DNA from: a virus
Taxonomy: Duplodnaviria; Caudoviricetes
DNA length: 64,000 nucleotides
Virus record (IMG/VR): IMGVR_UViG_3300011989_000257
Coordinates: 320,001-384,000 of that record
Strand: one strand, 5' to 3'
Within the stretch, counting starts at the first letter, position 1. Every line of letters begins with the position of its first letter. Shown piece by piece: positions 18,331 through 30,200 of the stretch. The notes under the pieces were generated by a model. The model was not told the DNA's origin and ran no database searches. It saw nothing but the letters and a program-made list of their open reading frames with translations. The position numbers and the translations under genes are program-made.

Positions 18331-18362
18331 TTTGTTTTTTTAATATAATTTATATATCTTTG
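18331..18362 (+). promoter_or_regulatory. Bacteroidota-type promoter for the SbcD-like gene
   Basis: TTTG-N20-TATCTTTG. Confidence 0.85.
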
Positions 18363-18379
18363 CAAAAAGTAGTTAAAAA

Positions 18380-19213
18380 ATGAGTGACATTAAACGTATA
18401 ATACACATTGCAGACGTACATATGAAGAACTTTCAACGCTTGGAAGAATATTCAGAACAATTAACGAAAGTGGTTGATAAATGTAAAGAAATTGCATCAA
18501 ACTATAATAAAGATGAAATTCGTATTGTAATTTCTGGAGATTTATTACATAGCAAAAACAACATAAGCCCAGAGTTAATTGTGTTTTCAAGTTTCTTCCT
18601 AAGACAATTAGAAGAAATTGCAAAGGTATACGTCATTGCTGGAAATCATGACCTTATAGTAGAAAACAAAAGCAGAACTGATGCTATAACTGCGATATTC
18701 GACACTGCTGAATTTGAGAATTGCACATTCCTTGATGCCGAATTCGGATATAAAAGCGGATGTGCAATAGATGAAAATGTTGTATGGTGTTTATATTCAA
18801 TTTATGAAGATTTCAATAGACCAACAAATATTGATGAAATAAAGAAAAATAATCCAAACTATAAATTCATTGGACTATTTCATGGACAAATCATAGGTTC
18901 AACGCTTAATAACGGATATGTATCAGACAGTGGTCTTGATGGTGCTGAATTTGAAGGTTGTGATTGTGTAATGGCTGGACATCTTCATAAACGCCAAGTT
19001 ATAAAAAGAGGTGACTGCGTAATAGTTTATCCAGGTTCATTGATACAACAAACATATGGAGAAACAATATCTCAACATGGTTTTGCAGTATGGAATATAG
19101 AAGATATGTCCTATGAATTTGTTGATATTGATAGTAATTATGGCTTATATGATATTGAAATAAACGATATTTCGGATATTGATGAAGATAAAGAAAGGCT
19201 GATTAATTTCTAA
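18380..19213 (+). CDS. Mre11/SbcD (T4 gp47-like) metallophosphoesterase, recombination nuclease
   Basis: HIADVH, SGDLLH, AGNHD, FHG, GHLHKRQ, YPGSLIQQTYGE. Confidence 0.9.
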   Translation: MSDIKRIIHIADVHMKNFQRLEEYSEQLTKVVDKCKEIASNYNKDEIRIVISGDLLHSKNNISPELIVFSSFFLRQLEEIAKVYVIAGNHDLIVENKSRTDAITAIFDTAEFENCTFLDAEFGYKSGCAIDENVVWCLYSIYEDFNRPTNIDEIKKNNPNYKFIGLFHGQIIGSTLNNGYVSDSGLDGAEFEGCDCVMAGHLHKRQVIKRGDCVIVYPGSLIQQTYGETISQHGFAVWNIEDMSYEFVDIDSNYGLYDIEINDISDIDEDKERLINF

Positions 19214-19224
19214 TCAGCCTTTAA
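19193..19224. terminator. Bidirectional hairpin between convergent genes
   Basis: AAAGGCTGATTA-ATTTC-TAATCAGCCTTT. Confidence 0.7.
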
Positions 19225-19231
19225 AATAGAT

Positions 19232-20893
19232 TTATTGTATTCTAAATTGAATTTCATTTCCTATTGTGATATTAGGAGGCGTTATTATATTACAATTATG
19301 TTTTCCATCTTGACGGACTATAATGTCATCAGTACAGTTTCCAATATATATTGTGATGACATCTTCACGAGTATAATCTGTTTTTTCAACAGATAAGCCT
19401 ATAATGCCATCATCTAGCAAATCGTCATCAACCAACTTTACCCACCAAGGTAATTCAAAAAATACTTCTTTACCTTTACATTCCGTATTGGCTGATAATT
19501 GATAAGTGCCACCGCTTGCATCAAATGTTATTACATCAGCACTGAAACAATTGGTACATGTTTCTTTACATATTGTCTTATATTGGTTATAAGTAAATTC
19601 GACTATATTAGAGCATCCACTGCTAGCACATCCACCACTCTCCTTGAAAGTATAACTTATATTGCCACCACTCCAAACGCAGTCTTCAGCTTGCTTTATT
19701 GTAATACCACTTGATGGTATGTCATCATATTTAACAACAATTGTGGATTCAGAACCGCTAACACATTCGCCGCTATATGGTGGTATTGTGATGATATCTT
19801 CCCAAGTGTTTCCACTTGTGACAGCAGACGTACAATCATCATAGCATACATATGTATCATATCTCCAACGTAGTCTCACATTATCGCCATAAGATGGGAA
19901 TATGTAATTAGCAGGTAATTCTTTGCCATCCATCGTATATGCTGAAAAACTGTCCTTAACGATGCAATAACTAGTCCCAGCCGTGCATACTTGTCTGCAA
20001 TCATCTCTAGTATAGTCCCTATTACGTGTTATACTAAGTGGAATAGTTGTTGCACTACTTCCATTAATACATGATGCGTGGTCATTCCATGTATAGGATG
20101 AAACAATGTCAGACGTTATACAACATGCACTAGTTTCTTCACAATTTGGTATAGTCCAAGGTATCCTTTTACTTCTGCCATATGTAATCTTGGAGTTACA
20201 TTTGTCATCAGTATCAATCATCTTATAATCGAAATAGAAATATATTGTTCCACCACTATGTTCAACCTCAGTTATCTGTGTTCCACTAGAACCACTTGAA
20301 TCAACATATATGACATCACCTATCTCATAGCATATACCACTAGGTTTATCACAACATGTGTCTGGCATCTTGACATAAAAATCTATATCTTTTGTTTCGC
20401 TACCACATCCAATTGTTATAGCACTAGTTATCACTCTGCTATCAGCACTACAAGGCTTGTTTGTTTCGCTTGCAGTGAAGGTACATATGGCAGACCCACT
20501 AACCTTATGTCTAGTTATTTCACAATCTGCTTCATTATACTGCCAATAGGTGTAATATACGTTACTAGTACTGTCTGCGCTATATGGGATATAATATGGT
20601 GACACATACATGTCTATGAGTTCACACCAATTACTAGTTGGACATGGGTCACAATCTGTCCTAGGTAATTGGGTGATGACATATGAAATTGTTTTTCCAG
20701 ACCAATCAAATTGTCCACTATACGAGTGTTTACTACAATCACCAACGCCTATATAAATAGACTCACAAAACGTTTCCTCAACATCACCAAAACACCCACT
20801 GTCATCACCATTTACAGCAATCCAGCAAATGTTAGCATATGCACTGTCTGCCTCAACTGTCACTTTAATTGGTAATTCTGTCTTAATGTCCAT
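19232..20893 (-). CDS. Cys-rich putative virion protein with a C-terminal BACON-like domain
   Basis: ITFDASGGT...LPWWV...SVEKT...RE..ITI...IIVRQDG; very high Cys content. Confidence 0.7.
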   Translation of the reverse strand: MDIKTELPIKVTVEADSAYANICWIAVNGDDSGCFGDVEETFCESIYIGVGDCSKHSYSGQFDWSGKTISYVITQLPRTDCDPCPTSNWCELIDMYVSPYYIPYSADSTSNVYYTYWQYNEADCEITRHKVSGSAICTFTASETNKPCSADSRVITSAITIGCGSETKDIDFYVKMPDTCCDKPSGICYEIGDVIYVDSSGSSGTQITEVEHSGGTIYFYFDYKMIDTDDKCNSKITYGRSKRIPWTIPNCEETSACCITSDIVSSYTWNDHASCINGSSATTIPLSITRNRDYTRDDCRQVCTAGTSYCIVKDSFSAYTMDGKELPANYIFPSYGDNVRLRWRYDTYVCYDDCTSAVTSGNTWEDIITIPPYSGECVSGSESTIVVKYDDIPSSGITIKQAEDCVWSGGNISYTFKESGGCASSGCSNIVEFTYNQYKTICKETCTNCFSADVITFDASGGTYQLSANTECKGKEVFFELPWWVKLVDDDLLDDGIIGLSVEKTDYTREDVITIYIGNCTDDIIVRQDGKHNCNIITPPNITIGNEIQFRIQ

Positions 20894-20899
20894 TGGTTA

Positions 20900-23800
20900 T
20901 TATCGTTTCTCGTATCTTATTTGTAATATTGCTGTTGAAGGTATCATCTGTGTGAGATAGTTCATAACAATATCGTCAATGTATTTCATCTCACTTGCAC
21001 CAATATCAGTTAATTTACCATTTTTAATCAAAACTTCATGTAATCTGAATGTAATTCTAATTACCTTAGTATTGAAACTACAGTTCGTTATCTCATCCTT
21101 ATGTTCGTTAACAAAGGCGTGTATTTTAGAATCACCTATATCAGTTGTTATTGAACTGAACCCATATCCATTGATGGTGTCACGATATGCATCAAAGTCA
21201 TTATAACATCTCTCATCGAACAAATCGTTTTCCAATGCGTATTTGAACAAATGCTTGTAATATTCAAAATATTCCTCACCATTGTCATACCTCATCATGC
21301 CATTATGAGGGTTGTTGCCCTTATTGCCGTTGATGATAGTGTTAATCATCTTGTACTCCCTATCGCCCAACGATAAGCGTTTCCAACCATTTCCTCCTAA
21401 TCTGTTTGAATAAGAGAAATCATTTATCTTGAAATAGTTCGTATAGTTCTCTGCATTTGGGTCAATGACAACAAACTGGTCACTACAGTTTTTAGTATCG
21501 TCATAGCATTGTATTCTGCCATTCACTATATAGCAGTTTATAGGCTGTCCATTTGGTATTTCTCTTATATTGATGCTTTTAACTGTTCCATATCTATCAT
21601 AGACTCTAATAACATCATCAAAGAAGTAGTCATCTCCAGCTTGAACAACGCCATTCGCTTTTATAAGCTCAATGTATTTTCCAAACCTATCAGATTTAAT
21701 GTTATAGACTTTTCCAGCAAGTACTGCAATATTATCTTGTATATTTGTGACATATACAATCTGGTCATCATGTATCTCATATGATGGAACTGACAACATA
21801 TCTTGCAATGTGTCAAACCTTCTTATATTCCTTACAGTTTCCTTGAATAAATCATCATTTTTAATATATATAATGTTATTGTCTGCATCAAATTGGAAAC
21901 CATAATAATTTCTACCATATTTGAATTTCTTATCTTCCCATCCTCCATTCATCTGAAAATAGAAATCACCGTCATACTTCTCGTACTTCTCGAAATTAGG
22001 ATATAGGTATCGTTTTCCATCCTTATCCTCATATTTCACAGGAAGTCCTTGATATGGGATATAATCAATGTCAGAGCCATCTCTATTGTAATTGGATATT
22101 GACCTATAATCATAGGTTATTGTCTTTGTAGAGTTAACCCAATCTATATGGTACATCTGATGAGGTGCGTCCCAACAATCGTCTATTGGATTTGTTTTAG
22201 CTATGAACTCTTCTATCTTGTAATCATAATCTTTATTATAGCACGCATTATCTCCATTTTTTTTTCTATCAACCCATTTTTCATTCCTTAGTCCAAACAT
22301 TCCAAGAATCATATCAATTCCTTCGATTGTGCCCTTATGACGCCAGATGGCACGAGAATTGAGTTTAAGCCTCCTCAAAAACTCGTTATTGACATCATGG
22401 TATGAATATACCCTTTCGTCAGAATATGACCTTATACGATTCCTTAAAATTGGAGATTTCGCACATTCGTCAAACATAGTATATTGGTTCGCACTTGCAG
22501 AAATCTTCTTATATTGCCCATTGCTATATTCACATGGAGTTTCCCCACTAGAACAGCAACTGATGAAATATCCATACTGGTCTTCTAACAAGTCTTCAGT
22601 ATAAGGAGTTACATCACCACTAGCATCAATGAAATGTGTCTCTATGGTTTCACAGTCACTATTATTGAATACAGAATTCCCACTTAAATTAAATGGTGTC
22701 ACCAACGAAACGTTCCACCCTTCATTCTCAACAGTGTCAGTCAAGAAATAGTCTGGAAGATTTCCTCTTTCGTCATATGTAACCCTATTAAGATTCTTAA
22801 TGTTGTTAATATATGATAATATCTCATCGAACTCCCTTGCAAACACTCTAAGTGCTTTCTGAACTTTTTCACCACCAAGAACGTACTCTTCCTCATCACC
22901 TTCCACAAACTCACGTGTATAAGTCCAGTCGAAGTTCTTGATTGCCTCATGGGTCATAGACCTATATAGGTTATCAGTGAAGAACTCATCGTAGAATTCT
23001 CCAATCTGTGAAAGTCTTGTCGTATATGTATTAAACCCATAAGATGTTGCATCTATATTGTATCCACCTTCAGATGTAGGGAATATGAAATCCTCGAATT
23101 CCCTATAATACCCGTTTTCATTCTCCTTGATAACTGAAAACGTTGCTTTATATTTAGGGGTAGACTTTGGATTCAGAATCAACCTTTGAAAATTATCGCA
23201 TTCATTATAGAATTCATCTAGATACTTTTTGGTTGGGCGAATATGCAATTCATTCAAACCAGTAGTTCCAGATTCTTTTTCATATAAATAATAAGGGATA
23301 TCATCATCACCAAGAAATACTCCTATATCATATTTTATTGATGGTGTTCCAACATGATTTAAATCTAATGCCCCAATACGCTCACCTTTACAAGGATAAT
23401 ATGTCACTATAGGAGTACCACTAGAGATTGTAGTAGTAACTTCACTTTCATTTATTTCTGTTATCGCTGAATATGGTATATATTTTTTGCTTTTAGAATC
23501 ATATTCTGAATAGAAATTATAGATTTTCATATCATTTATTTGATACTCTTCTCCATTTTCATCGACATATACATAATTTTTGTACCCACCTTCTGCAAAA
23601 TATTTTAATGGATTTACATCTTTAGGAAGCTTGGTTGCATACATATTTATCCCAAACGGATTCGTTAACAGATGCAAATCTGTTTCATGTGTTGTATAAC
23701 CAGTTATTCTTCCTTCAGCATCCCTACTAGGTATTTCACTGCCCAATTTTCTTCTTGTCTCTATTTGCTCTCCGTCTATCGTCTCATATGTAGTATAATA

Positions 23801-24238
23801 TACATCATAATCAGTACCGTATAATTCCCCTGGAAATCTTGCGATGGCATCAGTTATGGATGCACGGAACATCTCAGACAATGAGCCATAATAGCAGAAG
23901 TCACGGAAATCATAGTAATCTTGCTTAAGTACTATCTTCGTATCATTCTGCGTATCATCTTGAGAAACCATCCCACTGACTGCTGTTGCTGTCCATACAT
24001 CGCCACTAGACTTGTTCTCAGTCCATTTTTTTCTGTTGTATTGGTTGGATATACCACCATCATCCCTTACCGTAATAATAAAGTTATTACTACGATAGAT
24101 TGGTTTCTGTCCTTGAGCAAACTGATTCAAACCACCAATGGTTGTAATATCCCTTTCAAAAATGGTACTACCATCCCCAAGTGCTTGATGCTTTGACTTC
24201 AATACATAATTACTATGACTCTTTATATATTTTGGCAT
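20900..24238 (-). CDS. Large virion structural protein (baseplate wedge-like)
   Basis: Contains RHKGTIEGIDMILGMFG, a KGT..I motif seen in baseplate wedge/tail I-like proteins; lies in the structural operon. Confidence 0.6.
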   Translation of the reverse strand: MPKYIKSHSNYVLKSKHQALGDGSTIFERDITTIGGLNQFAQGQKPIYRSNNFIITVRDDGGISNQYNRKKWTENKSSGDVWTATAVSGMVSQDDTQNDTKIVLKQDYYDFRDFCYYGSLSEMFRASITDAIARFPGELYGTDYDVYYTTYETIDGEQIETRRKLGSEIPSRDAEGRITGYTTHETDLHLLTNPFGINMYATKLPKDVNPLKYFAEGGYKNYVYVDENGEEYQINDMKIYNFYSEYDSKSKKYIPYSAITEINESEVTTTISSGTPIVTYYPCKGERIGALDLNHVGTPSIKYDIGVFLGDDDIPYYLYEKESGTTGLNELHIRPTKKYLDEFYNECDNFQRLILNPKSTPKYKATFSVIKENENGYYREFEDFIFPTSEGGYNIDATSYGFNTYTTRLSQIGEFYDEFFTDNLYRSMTHEAIKNFDWTYTREFVEGDEEEYVLGGEKVQKALRVFAREFDEILSYINNIKNLNRVTYDERGNLPDYFLTDTVENEGWNVSLVTPFNLSGNSVFNNSDCETIETHFIDASGDVTPYTEDLLEDQYGYFISCCSSGETPCEYSNGQYKKISASANQYTMFDECAKSPILRNRIRSYSDERVYSYHDVNNEFLRRLKLNSRAIWRHKGTIEGIDMILGMFGLRNEKWVDRKKNGDNACYNKDYDYKIEEFIAKTNPIDDCWDAPHQMYHIDWVNSTKTITYDYRSISNYNRDGSDIDYIPYQGLPVKYEDKDGKRYLYPNFEKYEKYDGDFYFQMNGGWEDKKFKYGRNYYGFQFDADNNIIYIKNDDLFKETVRNIRRFDTLQDMLSVPSYEIHDDQIVYVTNIQDNIAVLAGKVYNIKSDRFGKYIELIKANGVVQAGDDYFFDDVIRVYDRYGTVKSINIREIPNGQPINCYIVNGRIQCYDDTKNCSDQFVVIDPNAENYTNYFKINDFSYSNRLGGNGWKRLSLGDREYKMINTIINGNKGNNPHNGMMRYDNGEEYFEYYKHLFKYALENDLFDERCYNDFDAYRDTINGYGFSSITTDIGDSKIHAFVNEHKDEITNCSFNTKVIRITFRLHEVLIKNGKLTDIGASEMKYIDDIVMNYLTQMIPSTAILQIRYEKR

Positions 24239-24240
24239 AA

Positions 24241-25155
24241 TTATCCTAATTTATCCTCTATTGTTTGGCTAAAATCGATACCATTCTTCTTATTTTCCTT
24301 AACTTCATACACTGGTTTACCACTATATTGGTCTTTCAATGTAAAGTGCTCTGCTTGATGATAAATTTCATTCTTTTCATTGAATGTTGTAACAAGACCA
24401 TTATCAAGGTCTCTAAGTTGACTATTCTCCAACATATAACTGATTGTATCAGCATCATGTGTTGTCATCTCTATGTCAATTTGTATTGGTTCAAATAACG
24501 TATTGGTTAGCAACACTTCTTGCCCAACTTTTCCTATGTATGGACTTTGATTATCCTTGAACATTGGCGCTGCTGAAGGTGATAATGTTATAAAGGTCAA
24601 TGTAGAACTGTCCTCGTAGCGATAAGTATAGGATTTATCGCTTGATGTTGCTGGCATTGAAACTACTGGTTCACACTTGTTATTTGATGTCACTATCCTA
24701 TAATAGTCTTGTCTCCCGCCAGTGCTGTCAAGGAATATGATACGATATCCAACAAGTTCGTTGTTTTTTAATGCCTTTTCCTTAACCAATGTATTACCGT
24801 TTATCTGTGCAGTGTCAAGAACGATTCCTCTAACATCTGGGAATGCTGTCAAATTACCAACATCAATAATCTTGGTCTTAGTCTCTTTTGGCTTTATATA
24901 TACAGTATAGAAGCCTTTCTTATTAAACTCACTAAGAGGAAGTTGAAGGTTATACATACCCTCAACCACACTGTCATTACTTTCACCTTTAGCTCTTGTC
25001 AAAACGCTAGATGGTAAAGATTTAAACCTTGCATCACTCAATGAATCATAACTCCTTGTTTCATGATAACAGAAGGAAATATCCACTAAGTTATCTATAT
25101 CTCCATCCTTGATATTAATTGGTATTGTTGTCCCGTAAGCGCCTAAAGCTCCCAT
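24241..25155 (-). CDS. Putative virion structural protein
   Basis: Position in the contiguous baseplate operon. Confidence 0.55.
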   Translation of the reverse strand: MGALGAYGTTIPINIKDGDIDNLVDISFCYHETRSYDSLSDARFKSLPSSVLTRAKGESNDSVVEGMYNLQLPLSEFNKKGFYTVYIKPKETKTKIIDVGNLTAFPDVRGIVLDTAQINGNTLVKEKALKNNELVGYRIIFLDSTGGRQDYYRIVTSNNKCEPVVSMPATSSDKSYTYRYEDSSTLTFITLSPSAAPMFKDNQSPYIGKVGQEVLLTNTLFEPIQIDIEMTTHDADTISYMLENSQLRDLDNGLVTTFNEKNEIYHQAEHFTLKDQYSGKPVYEVKENKKNGIDFSQTIEDKLG

Positions 25156-25168
25156 GTTCTCTTATCTA

Positions 25169-27211
25169 TTATTTATCCATTATTTTAAAATATCCATTTC
25201 CATAGTTCTCCAAAGCCTCCAAACTAGTAACCTCACCAAGTTTAAGATGCTTTTCAAACGCAGAGTTTATTCCTCTGTCTATATAAATATCACCCTTAAC
25301 ACTTTCTTGCGCAGCTATGCCAAGCCTATATTCCTCCCTTATTAGAGGTACTTTAGTATCTCCTGAAATATCATAATCACTATCATATACCCTATTCATT
25401 GCGCTTATAGGGGTTTCAAAGTATGATAGGCTATCAGTATATGGCGTATCATATGTATTGTCCCTAATCGTCTCTTCATTTTGCTTAAGTCTATATACAT
25501 ATATCGGGTAACTTACAGAATGTGCAGATGGTGTTGACTTATCCGTTGGAACTGCATTTTTATCAACTTGTTTCAAGTAATACTCAACCCTAGTCTTTAT
25601 AAATTGTACTGTCTCACTGTATTCTATACCCTCACTAGACAAAATTGGGGTATTGCCGCTTAATTGGTATATGTTACCAACATGATATACAACATCACAA
25701 TATACATCATCGTCATATATTAAGTCAGCGTTCTTTTCAGCCTCTGCCGCAGTTATTGCTGACACTACAGTATAAGCACTAGTTTCTGAGTATGCGCTTG
25801 CTCGATGTTTGCTAGTGCCACTGTCACTATCTGTCAATTTATAATAGAAGTCCATAGTGTCAATAACATCACCCTTGAACATGTCATCATGCCCATCTAT
25901 ACTCATAACATTGGTAATTGCACTGACTTGATATAACGGCTCTAGAACTTCGCCTTCATTTGGCTGGTGATTAGTCTTACCACTTATGTCATATAAGCCC
26001 TCAATCATATTCCCTATATCATCAGTAAGGTAGTTATCCAAGTGTATTGTATTTAATTTCGATGTGGTGTATCCACTTACAACGCCATCTGTTTCACTTG
26101 ATAAATTAATTTCAATCCATCCATTTTCATCATCTATTTTTTCCATGAACACCTCATCGAATACATAGCCACTACCACTAGCAAGCCTCTGAACCTTGCC
26201 ATCTTTTATAACGGTAGCCCCACTATGGGTATTACCACTCTCAAAATGTATGATGGTTTCAGTTTTGGCACTTTCTGTTGGAATAGTTCTATAGTCTGTT
26301 CCAATCTCATACCTTTCACAAAATATAGAGAATTCTCCCAAATCTTCAATAGAATTCTGCAATTCAATTGGAGAAATAATATGAGGAACAAAACAATCAC
26401 TTGTATTTGCGCTTAAGGCTTTAATGTTATCTTGTATGTCATCATACCAAGTTGTCATTGCTGAATATTCATTGTATCCACCACGTCTAACATATTCAAC
26501 ACAGTCACAGCAATCTGAAGATGCTGAACAGCTTTCCTCTGATGTGTAGGCAGAATACCCATTTCTATCCTCGAACCATCCAATCCATCTTATCACATCT
26601 GGGTAATATAGTGTGTCTCTTTGCCAATAGTCTTGCAAATCACGAGGAATACTATAGGTTGGCACTATATTATCACAAATCCATTTATAAAAACCATTGT
26701 CTATGGATTCAGTGATTCCAGAAGTCTGACATGAGGTTTGGTTTCTTGTACTACAAGTTACAACACCACCCATACATTCTATCTCTTTATCTAGTTCCTC
26801 GTATGTTTCCCTAACATTGCCATAATATAAATCCTCTGGCCATCTTTTAACCTCGTTATCATAATATTGTGTTGCAGAACTATACACAGTACTACAATGT
26901 CCATAATGATTTAATAAGTTATAATATTCCTTGAACTTGTAATACCAATTGCTTAAACGTTCAAAAGAGATGACAGTACAACCACTAACTCCATTGCCAT
27001 TGGTTATTCCACTAGCATGGCAGATGCCACTAGGTAATTCCACATTACAAGGTATCAAACCCCAGTTGCTAGTATATGCATACCCCCTACCACTCAATGA
27101 CTCTTCATCAAAGGTAATGGGGGTATTAGTACCAGGGATATATGCTGGTACAACACTAGGCAATCTGCTAGTCATTGGTTCTAACGATATGGTCTTATAT
27201 ATTTTCCTCAT
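25169..27211 (-). CDS. Putative virion structural protein
   Basis: Operon context; C-terminal IYIDRG.NSAFE.H..LGE. Confidence 0.55.
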   Translation of the reverse strand: MRKIYKTISLEPMTSRLPSVVPAYIPGTNTPITFDEESLSGRGYAYTSNWGLIPCNVELPSGICHASGITNGNGVSGCTVISFERLSNWYYKFKEYYNLLNHYGHCSTVYSSATQYYDNEVKRWPEDLYYGNVRETYEELDKEIECMGGVVTCSTRNQTSCQTSGITESIDNGFYKWICDNIVPTYSIPRDLQDYWQRDTLYYPDVIRWIGWFEDRNGYSAYTSEESCSASSDCCDCVEYVRRGGYNEYSAMTTWYDDIQDNIKALSANTSDCFVPHIISPIELQNSIEDLGEFSIFCERYEIGTDYRTIPTESAKTETIIHFESGNTHSGATVIKDGKVQRLASGSGYVFDEVFMEKIDDENGWIEINLSSETDGVVSGYTTSKLNTIHLDNYLTDDIGNMIEGLYDISGKTNHQPNEGEVLEPLYQVSAITNVMSIDGHDDMFKGDVIDTMDFYYKLTDSDSGTSKHRASAYSETSAYTVVSAITAAEAEKNADLIYDDDVYCDVVYHVGNIYQLSGNTPILSSEGIEYSETVQFIKTRVEYYLKQVDKNAVPTDKSTPSAHSVSYPIYVYRLKQNEETIRDNTYDTPYTDSLSYFETPISAMNRVYDSDYDISGDTKVPLIREEYRLGIAAQESVKGDIYIDRGINSAFEKHLKLGEVTSLEALENYGNGYFKIMDK

Positions 27212-30200
27212 TTCCTTCGAATTTATAGTTTATTACTGCTGTTCCATAATTACTATTTGGGTCAGTATCATTCATTATCTTTGCTTCAAAAAGGTTTAAT
27301 GTAACCACGTTATCCTTAATCATCACATACCTATTATCAAAAACATATCCATATTCCTTGTTTTTAAAGTCATACACAGCATATAATGGTATGTATGCTT
27401 GTGCATATACCCAAGACAATGGTATGCCCATCTTGAGGATTTCTAGGTCTGTCATGCCAGATGATGTATTGGCTGATAGTGTCAACATTCTTTCTGGATA
27501 TACCTCATAATATTCAGTATTTGAACTAGATGCACTGCTCGTTTCATCTACTTCAAAGCCATTCTCAGTTACTGTTATCTCATTGCTTTCATCATTTTCA
27601 GTTATCCCACTTGTCCATTTCATTGGAACTATGAATGGTATTGTTTTTCCAATTCCAGCATGGTTAAATTCAATTTTCATATAAATAGGCTTTGGATGTA
27701 GTTTTTCAGCATATTCCCTAAACATATATATGTAGAAACCTTCAGATGAAGTATCCGTAGTATATTTATTATCAATTACGAATCTAGAGTCAATCCTTTT
27801 GTCATCATCCTTAATTGAAATGTATTTTTCTTTTCCAGTTTCGCCTATTTTAATAAAATTAATTTCATCACCCTTCTCAGTCTTTTCATTCCTTAAACGT
27901 TCTGAAGTTACGTTGATTCTACTTGTTTCCACACATCCACTTAGTTCATCAGTTGAAAAACTTATATAGGTATTCATGCCTTTCCTTGAGTTATCTATGT
28001 ATCTCTTGAAGAGTTTATGCTCGTCCATGAACACTGTTGAAGTTGCCAACAATGACTGTGTTTGTGGGTCAGTGGAATCGTAATATGAGAATCTTAAGAA
28101 AGATTTTGCAATCCTTGATTTTTGGTAAAATACATCATTGTTGTTAAAATACATTAAGCCTAACAAATCTGAGGAACTAATCATCCTTTCATATTTGTCT
28201 TTCCTCTCATCTTTTTTAGTCTCTGGAATCCCAGATACGGATGCAATCATAGACCTATATGGCTCGAAATCAGTTATAAACCAGTTTGAAAAACCGCTTA
28301 ATGAAATGTCGTTATAATCTTCATTCACCTTCCAATTGTCAATGTTTCTAGTTCTGAAATGTAGGTTAACATTTATTGTATGTACTGGTGTAAAATCAGT
28401 CGTAGAACCACTGTAATTCGCATTTAGCATTATCTTTGGAGTATAAACATCTTTCTCTAAGTCAACAATCCTATTGATGGCTTTTTCTTTTTCCTTTTCG
28501 CAAAAATCTTTCTGTATTATCTCACTTTGCAATAGGTTATTAGCAACATTGACGTTTAGATTTATTGGTATGTTTACATATCCATTCTTATTCTCAATCT
28601 CAAGGTTATCGAATATATTATATGCGTCATCACTAGATATTGCGCCACTAACTGATGAAAATATTGATTGCCTTGATATCGGCTTTGAACCAAACACATT
28701 ATTGTTTATCTGTAATGAATACCCATCTTGATTGGCTATGATTTCGCTAGCCAATTCTGTCTGCATTGTATGAATGGTTCCAGATGAATATTCATTTGGA
28801 CTTATTGAGGCTTCACATATAAACAATGAGTTACCCTTAATCTCATCAACCACGAACTTTATCTTCCTTGGAATGGTCAATTCAGCAACATTGTCTCTGA
28901 TGATATATCTATTGCCTTCGATGGTAACACCAGAATATGAGTTTATATCATATGATTCATTCGTTGGTACATCCCCACTGACCATAACAAGCCCATATCT
29001 TTCTAGTTTATTACCATTTTTCTTCATTGGTACTTGTTCGTCCTCAATATTCACATATGCTATGTTAGAATTAAAATCATCATATGTAATGTCATACTCA
29101 TTACCATTAATAACTGCTTTATCAAACAAGTTAGCCTCTGCATCATATCTGTTACCATCATAAAGGATTGCATTGTCTTCAAGGTCTATATATGATTCGT
29201 CACCATTTAACGTATAAACAAATGTGATTTCATCACCTACATTGATTGTTGCCCCTTGGTTTTCTAACATAACCATTATAAACCTAGAAGCACTAGTTTC
29301 CCTATAGTCCCCCAATATTTCATATGCATCATCATTAATCTTTATAAATGCCTTGAACTTATCCAAATCATTTATGTCTTGTGCATCATTGGTAGTAATC
29401 TCAATAATACTAGTATCATCATCAGTATATGCTGATACGTTATAATTGGTTATAACAGAAGGGTCATTTTCACTTGGGACTTGGCAAACATATTTACTAC
29501 TACTAGGTATCACTGGACAATAGTCCTCACCATGTTTTGTATAGAAAAATTTCTCGCAATATTTAATGCTTTTAGGCTTATATTGTACAAATGGAATAGA
29601 ATATGCCTTGAATTTGCATACATCATGTATCAATGACACATCATCGTATGGTATACAATCTATATCTCCTAATGCTGTTATATTAGTTCCTTTGTCAGTA
29701 TATTTGATGCATCCTTTAGTACCATTTGGCTGTTGCTCATCTTTGTCGAATATGTATTTGTTACCATCAATGGTTACATATCCATCTTCAATCCAATAAA
29801 CAGTATCAAGTTTTATGAAATTACCATCTATAGTTGGCTCAACAGTTTTCTCAACTATTTTTGGTACATATTTCCCATTTTCATTTCTAGCAAATACTTC
29901 ACACTGCCAATCCTTAATAGTAAATTTACCATTATTTTTATAGAAGAACCTACCATTAAGTTCAACATAATCGTTACCGTTGAATGTTTTAATTCGATAT
30001 TTCTTACCCCTTACTATAACATATCCAAGCCTTGTAACAACCTCGCATTCGACACTTAGTACTGAGTTGTTATTAGTCAAAGGGCTTATTACAGATATTG
30101 TATCATGTTTTTCAAGATGATATGATGAGTCTGTTACACCAGAAATAAATGATAAATCTGGTGCAACATATTTTTCCCTCCAAATTATGTTATTGTCTTT

